A DNA stretch of 54,028 nucleotides from assembly GCA_035318245.1 (NCBI GenBank), contig DATHFE010000020.1, forward strand, positions 1 through 54,028, read 5' to 3'. The notes under the pieces were generated by a model that worked only from the letters and a program-made list of their open reading frames with translations, was not told the DNA's origin and searched no databases. The translations under genes were made by a program, and so were the position numbers. The DNA comes from Sphingomicrobium sp. (GTDB taxonomy: Bacteria; Pseudomonadota; Alphaproteobacteria; Sphingomonadales; Sphingomonadaceae). Shown here piece after piece: positions 30,785 to 40,983 of the stretch. How positions within the stretch are numbered: the stretch's first letter is position 1; each line of letters opens with the position of its first letter.

Positions 30785-32577
30785 AAGGCCTCGACGGCCA
30801 GCGCCATGACGCTCGCCGCCCCTGCCTCAACCTTGCGCCGCAAAGCTCCCGCAACCACCAGTTCCCGATCCGCGAAAAAGCGGGCGGTGATCAGCTTAGC
30901 TTCGTGGAAGGCACGATCCTCGCCCGGCTCTTGAGCCAATTTCGCGCTCGCAGACGCCATCTTCAGCCACATCCAGCCGAGCGCGACGAGGCCCATCAAT
31001 TGCATATAGGCATAAGCCCCAGCGCCGGCATTGTCCGGATCGGCCATGCCATTTTGCGCCAACCACATCGTCGCGCGCTGCAATTCGGCTAGCGCCTTTT
31101 CGAGCGGCTCGGCCACTCCGCCAGGATCGCCCGCGGCCTTGGAGTCGGCGATCTCGCGTCCAATCATCTCGAACAAGGCCCGCACCCCGCGCCCGCCGTC
31201 TTTGGCCAGCTTGCGCCCTACGAGGTCCATCGCCTGGACGCCGTTGGTGCCTTCGTAGATCTGGGCGATGCGGGCGTCGCGGACGAACTGCTCCATCCCC
31301 CATTCGCGGATATAGCCGTGGCCGCCGAACACCTGCTGGGCGTTGACCGCGACCTCAAATCCGCGGTCCGTGAGATAACCCTTGATCACCGGTGTTAGCA
31401 CCGAAATCACATCATCGGCGGCGATGCGTTCCTCCTCGCTCGAAGCCTTGCGGCTGAGATCAACCTGGAGCGAACCCCACAAGACGAGGGCCCGAGCGGC
31501 TTCGTTGAACGCCTTGCCCTCCATCAACATCCGCCGGACGTCGGGGTGCACGAACAAGCTGTCCGCCTTGGCGTTGGGGTCGCGCGCTTCGGGCTTCAGA
31601 GCCCTGCCCTGCCGGCGGTCCTTGGCGTAGGCGACCGCGTTCTGGTAGGCGACCTCGGCCTGGGCGAGCCCCTGCAGTCCAACCCCGAGGCGCGCGGCGT
31701 TCATCATAATGAACATCGCCGCCAGCCCTTTTTCGGGTTCGCCGATGAGGTAGCCGGTCGCTCCGTCGTAATTCATCACGCAGGTCGAATTGCCGTGGAT
31801 TCCCATTTTATGCTCGATCGACCCACAGGACACCCCATTGCGCTCGCCCACTGAGCCGTCCTCGCCGACCATAAACTTCGGCACGATGAACAGCGAGATG
31901 CCCTTCACATTGTCGGGCGCGCCGGTGATCTTGGCGAGGACAAGGTGGATGATGTTGTCGGACAAATCATGCTCGCCCGAGGATATGAATATCTTGGTGC
32001 CGCTTATCCTGTAGCTTCCGTCGTCCTGCGGCTCGGCCTTGGTCTTGATCAGGCCCAGGTCGGTGCCGCTGTGCGGCTCGGTAAGGTTCATCGTGCCGGT
32101 CCAACGGCCCGCGACCATATTGGGCAGATACTTGGCCTTCTGCTTGTCCGAGCCTTTGACCACAATCGCGGCGATCGCGCCCTGCGTAAGCCCATTATAC
32201 ATTTCGAAGCTGTGGTTGGCCGAGCAGAGATATTCAGAAATCGCTGTCGAAACGACGTGCGGCAGACCTTGGCCGCCAAACTCTTGCGGCGCCGAAAGAG
32301 TTGTCCAGCCATTGGCGACGAACTGGTCCCAAGCCTCCTTGAAGCCCGGTGGAGTGGTTACCGATCCATCGTCGTTTCGGGTGCAGCCAGCCTCGTCGCC
32401 GATGCGATTCAAGGGCTGCAGAACCTCCTCGCAGAAGCGGCCGCCTTCGGACAGGATCGCTTCGACCATGTCTGGCGTAGCATCGGCGAACCCGGGAAGG
32501 TTCGAGTAATTCGCAAGGCCGACGACATGATCGAGCAAATAGCGCGTGTCGCGCACGGGGGCGGTGTAGCTCGGCAT
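30781..32577 (-). CDS. Acyl-CoA dehydrogenase (long form, DmdC-like)
   Basis: [40 protein letters not shown]. Confidence 0.95.
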   Translation of the reverse strand: MPSYTAPVRDTRYLLDHVVGLANYSNLPGFADATPDMVEAILSEGGRFCEEVLQPLNRIGDEAGCTRNDDGSVTTPPGFKEAWDQFVANGWTTLSAPQEFGGQGLPHVVSTAISEYLCSANHSFEMYNGLTQGAIAAIVVKGSDKQKAKYLPNMVAGRWTGTMNLTEPHSGTDLGLIKTKAEPQDDGSYRISGTKIFISSGEHDLSDNIIHLVLAKITGAPDNVKGISLFIVPKFMVGEDGSVGERNGVSCGSIEHKMGIHGNSTCVMNYDGATGYLIGEPEKGLAAMFIMMNAARLGVGLQGLAQAEVAYQNAVAYAKDRRQGRALKPEARDPNAKADSLFVHPDVRRMLMEGKAFNEAARALVLWGSLQVDLSRKASSEEERIAADDVISVLTPVIKGYLTDRGFEVAVNAQQVFGGHGYIREWGMEQFVRDARIAQIYEGTNGVQAMDLVGRKLAKDGGRGVRALFEMIGREIADSKAAGDPGGVAEPLEKALAELQRATMWLAQNGMADPDNAGAGAYAYMQLMGLVALGWMWLKMASASAKLAQEPGEDRAFHEAKLITARFFADRELVVAGALRRKVEAGAASVMALAVEAF

Positions 32578-32592
32578 TTCGGCTCCTCTAGC

Positions 32593-32982
32593 TCAAATCT
32601 GATTGCCCAAAAGGGCAATGAATTGCTGCAGCTCGGTGATCGTGGCGTCGATGTCGCCGCGCTGGCGCTCGAGCGTCGCGATCTTGCCCCGGCACCGCTC
32701 AAGCGTGACCAGCCGCTGCGTCTGACGCTGGTCACCGAGGTCATAGAGATCAAGCAATTCGCGGATCTCGGCGAGGCTGAAGCCGGTCCGTTTGCCGCGC
32801 AGGATCCACGCGACCCGGGCGCGGTCGCGCTCCGAATAAAGCCGCTGGGTACCGCGCCGCTCCGGAGCGATCAGCCCTTCGTCCTCGTAGAAGCGCAGGG
32901 CTCGCGCGGTGACTCCGAACGCGTCGCACATCTCGCCGATCGAAAAGAGTGGTTTCGCACTGCTGATGGGAACATGCTCCAT
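32593..32982 (-). CDS. MerR family regulator (LiuR-like)
   Basis: FSIGEM...VTARALRFYEDEGLI HTH, GFSLAEIRE; upstream LiuR-like operator and adjacent acyl-CoA dehydrogenase. Confidence 0.9.
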   Translation of the reverse strand: MEHVPISSAKPLFSIGEMCDAFGVTARALRFYEDEGLIAPERRGTQRLYSERDRARVAWILRGKRTGFSLAEIRELLDLYDLGDQRQTQRLVTLERCRGKIATLERQRGDIDATITELQQFIALLGNQI

Positions 32983-32988
32983 CATCGC

Positions 32989-33017
32989 GACTTACTTTAC
33001 GTTTCCGTAAAGGTCAA
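32989..33017 (-). promoter_or_regulatory. LiuR-type palindromic operator within a sigma70 promoter spacer
   Basis: Minus strand TTGACC TTTACGGAAACGTAAAG TAAGTC. The palindrome CTTTACG-N4-CGTAAAG resembles the LiuR box TTTACGTnnACGTAAA. Confidence 0.75.
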
Positions 33018-33436
33018 CAAACGTCCCCAGGCATGAGCGGGTCCGGTGCTATCTCGGCCGTGGACGTGTCGGCCCAGCGATAAGTTTGGCCAGTCAAGCT
33101 CGACCCCGGGCCGCAATAATAGGCGCAGGCAGCGGGTCCCGGGCCGAGACGGACTATGTCTCCGTCGCGCCCGATTGGGATGCGACAGTCGCCCTCCCCG
33201 CGCGGAACCAGCGCCAATGCGTAGCCCTTGACCTCGACCCGCCCCTCGGCGGCGCAATTGCTGTCACCTATCTGGCCGTATGCAATGAAGGCGACCTGCT
33301 GCGCCGTTCCCTCCCCCTTGACGCACAAGCGATTGCGGCCTTCGCCGAGGTAATAGCCAGGTCTGAGAGTGCCATGCTGCGCACCCTTCGAGCAGGCGGC
33401 TAGAAAAACGAGAGCGATAACAGAAGCGATGCGCAT
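33014..33436 (-). CDS. Hypothetical lipoprotein, Cys-rich
   Basis: Lipobox LAAC; further Cys residues, including CAYYCG. Confidence 0.7.
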   Translation of the reverse strand: MRIASVIALVFLAACSKGAQHGTLRPGYYLGEGRNRLCVKGEGTAQQVAFIAYGQIGDSNCAAEGRVEVKGYALALVPRGEGDCRIPIGRDGDIVRLGPGPAACAYYCGPGSSLTGQTYRWADTSTAEIAPDPLMPGDVC

Positions 33437-33540
33437 GCCAGCCACCATGCTTTAAGCCGAGTTCATGCGAAAGGCGACAAATGCCCGGCGGCCCCCTATA
33501 TGCTGGCGGCACACGCCCTCGAGATGGATTCGCCCGCCCG

Positions 33541-34989
33541 ATGCTGACGACCAACCCGTTCGACGATGATAAGCTAAAAGAAGAATGCGGCGTTTTCGGC
33601 ATCTGGGGTGCCGATGCCGCGTCAAGCTTCGTCGCGCTTGGCCTCCACGCCCTGCAGCATCGTGGGCAGGAAGCGGCCGGCATCACCAGCTATGACGGCA
33701 GCGTGTTCCATTCGCACCGGGCGATGGGCCATGTCGCCGGAAACTTCGACCGCGACGACATAATCCGCAATCTTGCCGGTCGCACCGCCATCGGCCACGT
33801 CCGCTATGCAACTACCGGCGAAACTGCCCTGCGCAACGTCCAGCCATTGTTCGCCGATTTGCAAGACGGCGGCTTCGCGGTTGCGCACAACGGCAATATT
33901 TCCAACGCGATGAAGCTTAGGCGGACACTCAACCGCCGCGGCTCGATTTTTCAGTCCACCGGCGACACCGAAGTCATCATCCACCTTGTCGCGACATCGA
34001 CCTACACTGCGCCGCTCGACCGGCTGACCGACGCTCTGAAACAGGTCGAAGGCGCATATTCGCTGGTCATCCTGACCCCTGACGGCATGGTGGCCTGCCG
34101 CGATCCGCTTGGCATTCGTCCCTTGGTCATGGGCAAGCTCGGCGAAGCGACGATCTTCGCCTCAGAAAGCGTCGCGCTCGATGTCATCGGCGCCACGTTC
34201 CTCCGCGAAATCGACCCGGGCGAGCTGGTCGTGGTCAACGACAAGGGCATTCGCTCCTTCCGACCATTTGCGCCGGCCAAAGCCCGCCCTTGCGTGTTCG
34301 AGCACGTCTATTTCTCGCGCCCCGACTCTGTCGTCGATGGCCAGTCGGTCTATGAAACGCGCAAGGCCATCGGTGCCGAACTGGCACGCGAAGCGCCAGT
34401 AGAAGCCGACTATGTCGTGCCCGTCCCCGACAGCGGCGTTCCGGCGGCCATCGGCTACAGCCAGGCTGCGGGCATTCCGTTCGAGCTGGGCATCATCCGC
34501 TCCCATTATGTCGGCCGCACCTTCATCCAGCCTTCCGACGGCGTGCGCCATCTCGGCGTCAAGCTGAAGCACAACGCCAATGCCGCGCTGATCAAGGGCA
34601 AGCGGATCATCCTGGTCGACGATTCGATCGTCCGCGGGACGACCAGCCTGAAGATCGTGCAAATGATGCGTGACGCGGGCGCCCGCGAAGTCCATATGCG
34701 CATCGCCTCGCCGCCGACCCGCTACAGTTGCTTCTACGGCGTCGACACACCCGAACGCTCGAAACTGCTCGCGGCCCAGATGGGTGTCGCGGCGATGGCC
34801 AAGTTCATCAACGCCGACAGTCTCGCCTTCGTCTCGATAGAGGGACTCTACCAAGCGCTCGGCGACACCCGCGACGTCGCCCAACCGCAGCGCTGCGACG
34901 CCTGCTTCACCGGCGAATATCCGACCGCGCTGACTGATGTCAGCGAGAAGGAGCGTTCGGCGGCTCTGTCGCTGGTGGCGAGCCGGTAG
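33541..34989 (+). CDS. purF: Amidophosphoribosyltransferase
   Basis: Propeptide followed by EECGVFG, LQHRGQE, VDDSIVRGTT, CFYGVD. Confidence 0.98.
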   Translation: MLTTNPFDDDKLKEECGVFGIWGADAASSFVALGLHALQHRGQEAAGITSYDGSVFHSHRAMGHVAGNFDRDDIIRNLAGRTAIGHVRYATTGETALRNVQPLFADLQDGGFAVAHNGNISNAMKLRRTLNRRGSIFQSTGDTEVIIHLVATSTYTAPLDRLTDALKQVEGAYSLVILTPDGMVACRDPLGIRPLVMGKLGEATIFASESVALDVIGATFLREIDPGELVVVNDKGIRSFRPFAPAKARPCVFEHVYFSRPDSVVDGQSVYETRKAIGAELAREAPVEADYVVPVPDSGVPAAIGYSQAAGIPFELGIIRSHYVGRTFIQPSDGVRHLGVKLKHNANAALIKGKRIILVDDSIVRGTTSLKIVQMMRDAGAREVHMRIASPPTRYSCFYGVDTPERSKLLAAQMGVAAMAKFINADSLAFVSIEGLYQALGDTRDVAQPQRCDACFTGEYPTALTDVSEKERSAALSLVASR

Positions 34990-35776
34990 CCGAAAGGTCG
35001 GACGTTCCTCCGTCGAAGCGACTGAGCCACGGACGATCTTCGAGCGACGCCGCTACCACCCAAGCACCAGCGGTGATCGCCCAGGATACGACCGTTTCCT
35101 GCCAGTGCATCGCACTCAAAGGGCCTGCCAGGATCATAGGTCCCCACACCAGAAGCGTGATCAACGTAATCTGCGCGGCCACGACCATGGCCCCTAACCG
35201 CGCCCCGAATCCGACGATGATGGCGATCCCGGCGGCGAGATAGACTGAGCCCGTAAAGTAGGCCCAGAATACGGGTCCTGGCAGCCATTCGGGGACGAGC
35301 GGCGCGGTCATGTCCAGATAGACGAAATGGGAAAAGCCGAAAGCGATCAGAGCCAGGCCGTAGAGCACGCGCGCGATCCGCAGACCGAGATCGCCAGCCA
35401 AGAAGTTCCGGTCTTTTCCGGACCAGGCATAAAGAACCCACGCACCCGCGATCAGCACGGCGTTTTCGCCATTGGACTGATAGGAGCCTTCAACTAAGGG
35501 TGCGCGAACGATGAATGGCAGTTTGAACAGGACGGCCCAAACAAGCAGATAGACGAGCAGGATGAGCGCCGCCGCGGCTGCTGTGCGCTTCACCAAAAGA
35601 CCCACGCCGCATGCCAAACAGATAAAGGTACAAAGATAAGCCAGGAATTCGCGCCCAGGCACGGTGTCGGGCACCGGCACCCATATCGGAGCGAAGCTGC
35701 CGCCAATGAGACCGATGACGCCGATGGCGGTCATCGTCACGGCAAAGAACAGGTGACTTGCCTTCTTCAAATGCAT
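34940..35776 (-). CDS. DoxX-like membrane protein (tandem duplicated)
   Basis: About 8 TM helices in two similar halves; FGFSHF, LVPEWLP..FWAYFTG. Confidence 0.75.
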   Translation of the reverse strand: MHLKKASHLFFAVTMTAIGVIGLIGGSFAPIWVPVPDTVPGREFLAYLCTFICLACGVGLLVKRTAAAAALILLVYLLVWAVLFKLPFIVRAPLVEGSYQSNGENAVLIAGAWVLYAWSGKDRNFLAGDLGLRIARVLYGLALIAFGFSHFVYLDMTAPLVPEWLPGPVFWAYFTGSVYLAAGIAIIVGFGARLGAMVVAAQITLITLLVWGPMILAGPLSAMHWQETVVSWAITAGAWVVAASLEDRPWLSRFDGGTSDLSATGSPPATEPPNAPSR

Positions 35777-35929
35777 CGCCCCTCTCCCGAGATTGGCCCC
35801 GGCGAGCCGTTCAACATTTCCCGGCCATCGGATACGCTTTTTCGAGCAACAGCCTATTTTCTGCGGGCGAAGGTCGAATTGATATCAGTGATTGCGTCGC
35901 GCCTTCCGCGCTCGCAATTACGCGACACC

Positions 35930-36661
35930 ATGACTGATTCGAAACCCTTCTCCGAAAAGCTCGCGCTGGTTACCGGCGCCAGCCGCGGGATCGGCGCGGC
36001 GATCGCCGAAGCGCTCGCGGCGAACGGTGCGCATGTCCTGCTCGTCGCGCGCGGCGCTCCAGCATTGGAAGCGGTCGAGCAGCGCATCCACGATGCTGGC
36101 GGCAACGCCACGATTGTGCCGATGGATCTTACCGACGGCGACGCCATTGCCCGGCTCGCCGAGGCGGTTGGAGAGCGTTGGGGAACGCTCGACATGCTCG
36201 TCCTCAATGCCGCGATGCTCGGCAGCCTGACCCCGGTCGAGCATATCGACAGCAAGGAATATGGCCGGGTCCTCGCACTGAACCTGATCGCCAACCAGGC
36301 TCTGATCGCCGCATTCGACCCGTTGCTTCGCCGTGCACCTACCGCCGAGATCGTCGGGATGACATCCTCGGTCGGACGCGAGCCGCGCGCTTTCTGGGGT
36401 GCTTACGGGTCTTCCAAGGCCGCGTTCGAAACCTTGCTCGGCGCTTACGCTGACGAGACTGAGCACAGCGGCCGAATCCGGGTTCACATCATCGACCCCG
36501 GCGCCACCCGAACCCGGATGCGCGCGCTCGCCTTTCCCGGCGAGGAGCCCGAGAGCATCAAGCCGCCCGACGCCGTCGCGGCGGCGATCGTTGAGCGGTT
36601 GCAATCCGACGCGCCGACCGGCGGCAATGTCCGGGTGGAAGCTACGAGCGCTTCAACGTAA
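35930..36661 (+). CDS. SDR family oxidoreductase (YciK-like)
   Basis: TGASRGIG, LNAA, YGSSK, PGATRTRMRA. Confidence 0.93.
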   Translation: MTDSKPFSEKLALVTGASRGIGAAIAEALAANGAHVLLVARGAPALEAVEQRIHDAGGNATIVPMDLTDGDAIARLAEAVGERWGTLDMLVLNAAMLGSLTPVEHIDSKEYGRVLALNLIANQALIAAFDPLLRRAPTAEIVGMTSSVGREPRAFWGAYGSSKAAFETLLGAYADETEHSGRIRVHIIDPGATRTRMRALAFPGEEPESIKPPDAVAAAIVERLQSDAPTGGNVRVEATSAST

Positions 36662-37901
36662 CCTGCGCGACATCGATTCCGCGGCCGCGGAATCCGCCCT
36701 CGCAATACATCAGATAATAGCGCCACAGCCGGTGAAACGCCTCGCCGAAGCCTGAGAGCGCACCGCGCTGTATCGCGGCATCATAGCGTTCGCGCCACTG
36801 GCGCAAAGTTTCGGCATAATCTTGGCCGTAACCGACACGGTTGTCCCAACTCAGATCATGCGAACCTGCAATCGCCGCGAACCGCGGCTCGTGGATCAGC
36901 ATTCCGCCGGGGAAGATATAGGTCTGGATAAAGTCGGGGCTGGTCGCGTAGCCGTCGAAAAGGGCCGGATCGATTGAAATTAGCTGGAGCGAGGCGCGGC
37001 CGCCCGGCGGAAGCGCGCGCGCAATCGCAGCGAGATAAGCATCCCAATATTCCTGACCAACCGCCTCGACCATCTCCACCGAGGCGACAGCATCGAACCG
37101 TTCGTCGAGCTCGCGATAGTCAGCCAGGCGAATCTCGACTTTGCCGGCAAGGCCGGCGTTTTTCATTCGCTGGTCGGCGTATTCCTTCTGCTCGGTCGAC
37201 AGCGTCAGGCCGGTGACACGGACGCCATATTCCCGTGCCGCGATCTCGGCGAGGCTGCCCCAGCCGCAACCGATCTCGAGCAAGCGCTGGCCGGGCTTCA
37301 GGTCGAGCCGGTCGAGCAGCAGGCGAAGCTTGCGCGATTGCGCCTGCTCAAGCGTGTCGCCTCTCTCGAAGACTGCACTCGAATAGGTCATCGAAGGATC
37401 GAGCCAGGCCGCGTAGAAGTCATTGCCAAGATCGTAATGCGCCTGGATGTTGCGCTTGGCTCGGATCGGCGTGTTGGCGCGGACCGAATGAGCGGCGCGG
37501 TTGGCGATCCGCCACAAGCCCTTGGCGCGGCCGGTCTTGCCGAGGCTTCGACCGTTGCGCATGAACAAATCGAACAAGGGCACAGGTTCGGGGCTGTCCC
37601 ACTCGCGCTTTTCCCACGCCTTATACCAGCCGACCGAACCGGAGGTCGCGAGCCTGACCAGCGCCCGCCAGCTGTAGAGATTGACGATCGCAATCGGTCC
37701 ATCGGTCCGGAACCCAAGCCGCCGCCGCGAGCCATCAGGCAGGGTAGCGTCGATTCCGCCCTCGATCAGCCCCGCGTCGACCCTGTCGAGCATGCGCTTG
37801 AAGGCGGGTGCGAACGCGCCGAGCAGCTTGCCGCCGCCGGTCGCAAAGCGGCGATCGGCGCGCACCAAATGCTGCCCGCGATATTCGGCCCTGCTGCTCA
37901 T
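36642..37901 (-). CDS. cfa: Cyclopropane-fatty-acyl-phospholipid synthase family methyltransferase
   Basis: HYDLGNDFY, LEIGCGWG, SVEMVEAVG, YIFPGG, YYLMYCEGGF. Confidence 0.9.
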   Translation of the reverse strand: MSSRAEYRGQHLVRADRRFATGGGKLLGAFAPAFKRMLDRVDAGLIEGGIDATLPDGSRRRLGFRTDGPIAIVNLYSWRALVRLATSGSVGWYKAWEKREWDSPEPVPLFDLFMRNGRSLGKTGRAKGLWRIANRAAHSVRANTPIRAKRNIQAHYDLGNDFYAAWLDPSMTYSSAVFERGDTLEQAQSRKLRLLLDRLDLKPGQRLLEIGCGWGSLAEIAAREYGVRVTGLTLSTEQKEYADQRMKNAGLAGKVEIRLADYRELDERFDAVASVEMVEAVGQEYWDAYLAAIARALPPGGRASLQLISIDPALFDGYATSPDFIQTYIFPGGMLIHEPRFAAIAGSHDLSWDNRVGYGQDYAETLRQWRERYDAAIQRGALSGFGEAFHRLWRYYLMYCEGGFRGRGIDVAQVTLKRS

Positions 37902-37917
37902 GCTCCCCACTACGCGC

Positions 37918-38931
37918 CTATTCGGCGCGCGGTTCCTTTTCGACCATCCAGCTTTGCCCCTTGGCGACCAACGCCTGGAGGTCGGGCGCCTTGCCCGCGG
38001 CGGCGGAGCGGTTCTGCTCGACTACCACACTTTCGAAGGTCGAGGCCGGATCGTCGTAGATCACGCCGAGCGCCACCGGGAAACCGATGGGCGGCATTTC
38101 GATCAGCATCGCCGCCAGGGCGCGGTTTTTGGGATCATGGACCAGCACCGCCGGGTCGTCCGCCTCGACCACCTTCAAGGCGAGCCGCCCGGCGTCGAGC
38201 GCGATGCCCTTGCTGCCGTCCGCAAACAGCATTTTTTCCCCAGATTGGAGCCACAATTGGCGGTCCGCCGCGAATTCTTTCGAGGTGAAGGACCCGAACA
38301 CGTCGTCGTTATAGACTATGCAATTCTGGTAGATCTCGACGAAGCTGGCGCCCTTGTGGGCATGCGCCGCCTTCAAGACGTCGGGCAGCGACTTGTGGAC
38401 GTCGATCGCGCGGGCAATGAACCGCGCGCCGGACCCTAAGGCGAACATGCACGGCGCAACCGGGCGGTCGACCGACCCGAATGGGGTCGACGGGCTGCGT
38501 GTTCCGATCCGGCTGGTCGGCGAATATTGGCCCTTGGTCAGCCCATAAATCTCGTTGTTGAACAACAGGAACTGGCAGTCGAGGTTGCGCCGCAGCAAAT
38601 GCATCGTGTGGTTGCCGCCGATCGACAGCGCGTCGCCGTCACCGGTGATGATCCATACGTCCAATTCGGGATTGGCCAATTTGACCCCGGTCGCCACCGC
38701 CGGTGCGCGGCCGTGGATGGTGTGGAAGCCGTAGCTCGCCATGTAATAGGGAAAGCGGCTCGAACAGCCGATGCCGCTGACGAAAACAGTCTTTTCGCGA
38801 GCGACGCCCAGGTCGGGCATGGTCCGCTGGACTGCTTTCAGCACCGCATAGTCGCCGCACCCTGGACACCAGCGCACTTCCTGGTCGCTCGCCCAATCCT
38901 TGGCGGTGGTGATCTTGGTCACTTCATTCAT
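37918..38931 (-). CDS. korB: 2-oxoacid:ferredoxin oxidoreductase subunit beta
   Basis: WCPGCGD, SGIGCSS, HTIHGR, TPP motif GDGD...NNEIYGLTKGQ. Confidence 0.93.
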   Translation of the reverse strand: MNEVTKITTAKDWASDQEVRWCPGCGDYAVLKAVQRTMPDLGVAREKTVFVSGIGCSSRFPYYMASYGFHTIHGRAPAVATGVKLANPELDVWIITGDGDALSIGGNHTMHLLRRNLDCQFLLFNNEIYGLTKGQYSPTSRIGTRSPSTPFGSVDRPVAPCMFALGSGARFIARAIDVHKSLPDVLKAAHAHKGASFVEIYQNCIVYNDDVFGSFTSKEFAADRQLWLQSGEKMLFADGSKGIALDAGRLALKVVEADDPAVLVHDPKNRALAAMLIEMPPIGFPVALGVIYDDPASTFESVVVEQNRSAAAGKAPDLQALVAKGQSWMVEKEPRAE

Positions 38932-39014
38932 GAAAGATATCCGCCTGCCCAGAGGACCAAGATCAACACGATGACCAGCATGGCGATGAGAGGGAATGGG
39001 TTGATTGGTTTCAT
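38928..39014 (-). CDS. 28-aa single-TM microprotein between korA and korB
   Basis: MKPINPFPLIAMLVIVLILVLWAGGYLS; ATGA overlap with the korA stop and with the korB start; GAGGAGG RBS. Confidence 0.7.
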   Translation of the reverse strand: MKPINPFPLIAMLVIVLILVLWAGGYLS

Positions 39015-40891
39015 CGCAGCGCCTCCTCGATCGCGGCTTCAATTTCGGCGATGCGGAACGGCTGCCCGTTGGTCTTGGCAAGCGGCCGCGCGTCGACCAG
39101 GAACAGGTCGCGAAGGATCGTCTTCAGCTGACCGCTGTTCATCTCGGGCACCAAAATACGCTCATATCCCCTGAGCAGCGAGCCCATATTCCTGGGCATC
39201 GGCGCGATGTAGCGGATGTGGACGTGGTGGACGTCGAAGCCGCGCGCGCGCATCCGCCGGACCGCCTGGTGGATCGGGCCGTAGGTCGAACCCCAGCCAA
39301 CCACCGCCAGCGCACCTTTCGCCTCGCCGAGATCGACAGGCTGGTCGGGAATTGAGTCCGCGACATTGGCGACTTTGGTTGCGCGGATACGCGTCATCTC
39401 GGCATGCGCTTCGGGGCTGTAGTCGATGTTGCCCGATCCAGGCGCTTTCTCGATCCCTCCAATGCGGTGCTCAAGGCCGGGCGTTCCGGGCTTGATCCAC
39501 GGGCGCGCCAGATCGCCGTTGCGGGCGTAGGGCATTACGTCTTCGCCCTCTGCCGGAATCGCATCGTGGAACGCCACCGGGAACGGCGCGAAGCCGTCCA
39601 TGTCGGGCACTTTCCACGGCTCGGCGGCATTGGCGATGTAGCCGTCGCTGAGAAGCATCACGGGCGTCATGTAACGGGTCGCGATGCGGCACGCCTCGAT
39701 CGCGCATTCGAACGCATCGGCGGGCGACCGCGCGGCGATCACCGGCAAAGGCGCATCGCCATTGCGGCCATAAACCGCTTGATAGAGGTCGGACTGCTCG
39801 GTCTTGGTCGGAAGGCCGGTCGAAGGCCCGCCACGTTGCGAATTGACGATCACGAGCGGGAGTTCGGTCATCACCGCGAGGCCGATCGCCTCGGTCTTGA
39901 GCGCTATCCCGGGGCCTGAGGATGACGTGATACCAAGCTGCCCGGCATAAGACGCGCCGATCGCGGAGCAAATCGCCGCAATCTCGTCCTCCGCCTGGAA
40001 GGTAGTGATCCCAAACTCCTTCAGACGCGACAGATGATGGAGCAACGGGCTCGCCGGAGTGATCGGATAGGATCCGAAGAACATGTTCAAGCCGGAAAGC
40101 TTCGCGCCAGCGACCAGCCCCAGCGCGAGCGATTCTGCGCCCGTGATGGTGCGGTAAAGGCCCGGCTCAGCCGGTGCGGGGGCGAGTGCATGCTGCTTGA
40201 CCGGCGCGCCCATCTCGACCGTTTCGCCATACGCGTGACCGGCGTTCAGCGCGGCGATATTGGCTTCGGCCAGCGTCGGCGCCTTGCCGAACTTGGCGTT
40301 GAGCCAATCGACGATCGGCTGGCGGTCGCGGTCGAACATCCACAACGCGAGACCGAGCGTCCACATGTTCTTGCAGCGGAGCGCCTCCTTGTTGCCGAGC
40401 CCGAAGGGTTTGACCGCATCCAGGGTCAGCTGACTGATGTTGAACGCTACCAATTGCCATCGCGCTAGCGAGCCATCCTCAAGCGGATTGACCGCATAGC
40501 CCGCCTTGGTCAGGTTACGCGCCGAAAACTCGCCCTCGTCGGCGATGATCAGCCCGCCTTCGCGCAAGTCGCCAACGTTGGTCTTCAACGCCGCCGGGTT
40601 CATCGCCACGAGCACGTCGGGCTGGTCGCCCGCGGTATCGATTGCGCAGCTGCCGAAATTGATCTGGAATGCCGATACGCCGAAGGTCGTCCCTTGCGGC
40701 GCGCGGATTTCGGCGGGAAAGTCCGGGAAAGTCGACAGATCATTGCCGGCCAGGGCGGTCGACAGGGTGAATTGCCCGCCGGTCAGCTGCATACCATCGC
40801 CGCTGTCGCCAGCGAAGCGCACAACGACCGCCTCCATCGCCGGATGGGCGTGGGCTTCCGCTTCAGTCAGCAAATGGGTGGCCGAAGCCAT
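39011..40891 (-). CDS. korA: 2-oxoacid:acceptor oxidoreductase subunit alpha
   Basis: AGDSGDG, FPAEIRAP, YPITPAS, QAEDE, QRGGPSTGLPTK. Confidence 0.95.
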   Translation of the reverse strand: MASATHLLTEAEAHAHPAMEAVVVRFAGDSGDGMQLTGGQFTLSTALAGNDLSTFPDFPAEIRAPQGTTFGVSAFQINFGSCAIDTAGDQPDVLVAMNPAALKTNVGDLREGGLIIADEGEFSARNLTKAGYAVNPLEDGSLARWQLVAFNISQLTLDAVKPFGLGNKEALRCKNMWTLGLALWMFDRDRQPIVDWLNAKFGKAPTLAEANIAALNAGHAYGETVEMGAPVKQHALAPAPAEPGLYRTITGAESLALGLVAGAKLSGLNMFFGSYPITPASPLLHHLSRLKEFGITTFQAEDEIAAICSAIGASYAGQLGITSSSGPGIALKTEAIGLAVMTELPLVIVNSQRGGPSTGLPTKTEQSDLYQAVYGRNGDAPLPVIAARSPADAFECAIEACRIATRYMTPVMLLSDGYIANAAEPWKVPDMDGFAPFPVAFHDAIPAEGEDVMPYARNGDLARPWIKPGTPGLEHRIGGIEKAPGSGNIDYSPEAHAEMTRIRATKVANVADSIPDQPVDLGEAKGALAVVGWGSTYGPIHQAVRRMRARGFDVHHVHIRYIAPMPRNMGSLLRGYERILVPEMNSGQLKTILRDLFLVDARPLAKTNGQPFRIAEIEAAIEEALR

Positions 40892-40983
40892 ATATCTGTA
40901 TTCCTTCGCGTCTGGGCTATCTCTCTATCTTAGAACCGCCGGGACCGCTTCGCCACTTCTAACATTCACGCTATGTACCGAAC

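Noticed and set aside
38932-39081. 50-aa N-terminal extension of korB given by the ORF track
   Set aside because: It overlaps korA and does not look protein-like; homology starts at MNEVTK, and another frame holds a coupled microprotein.
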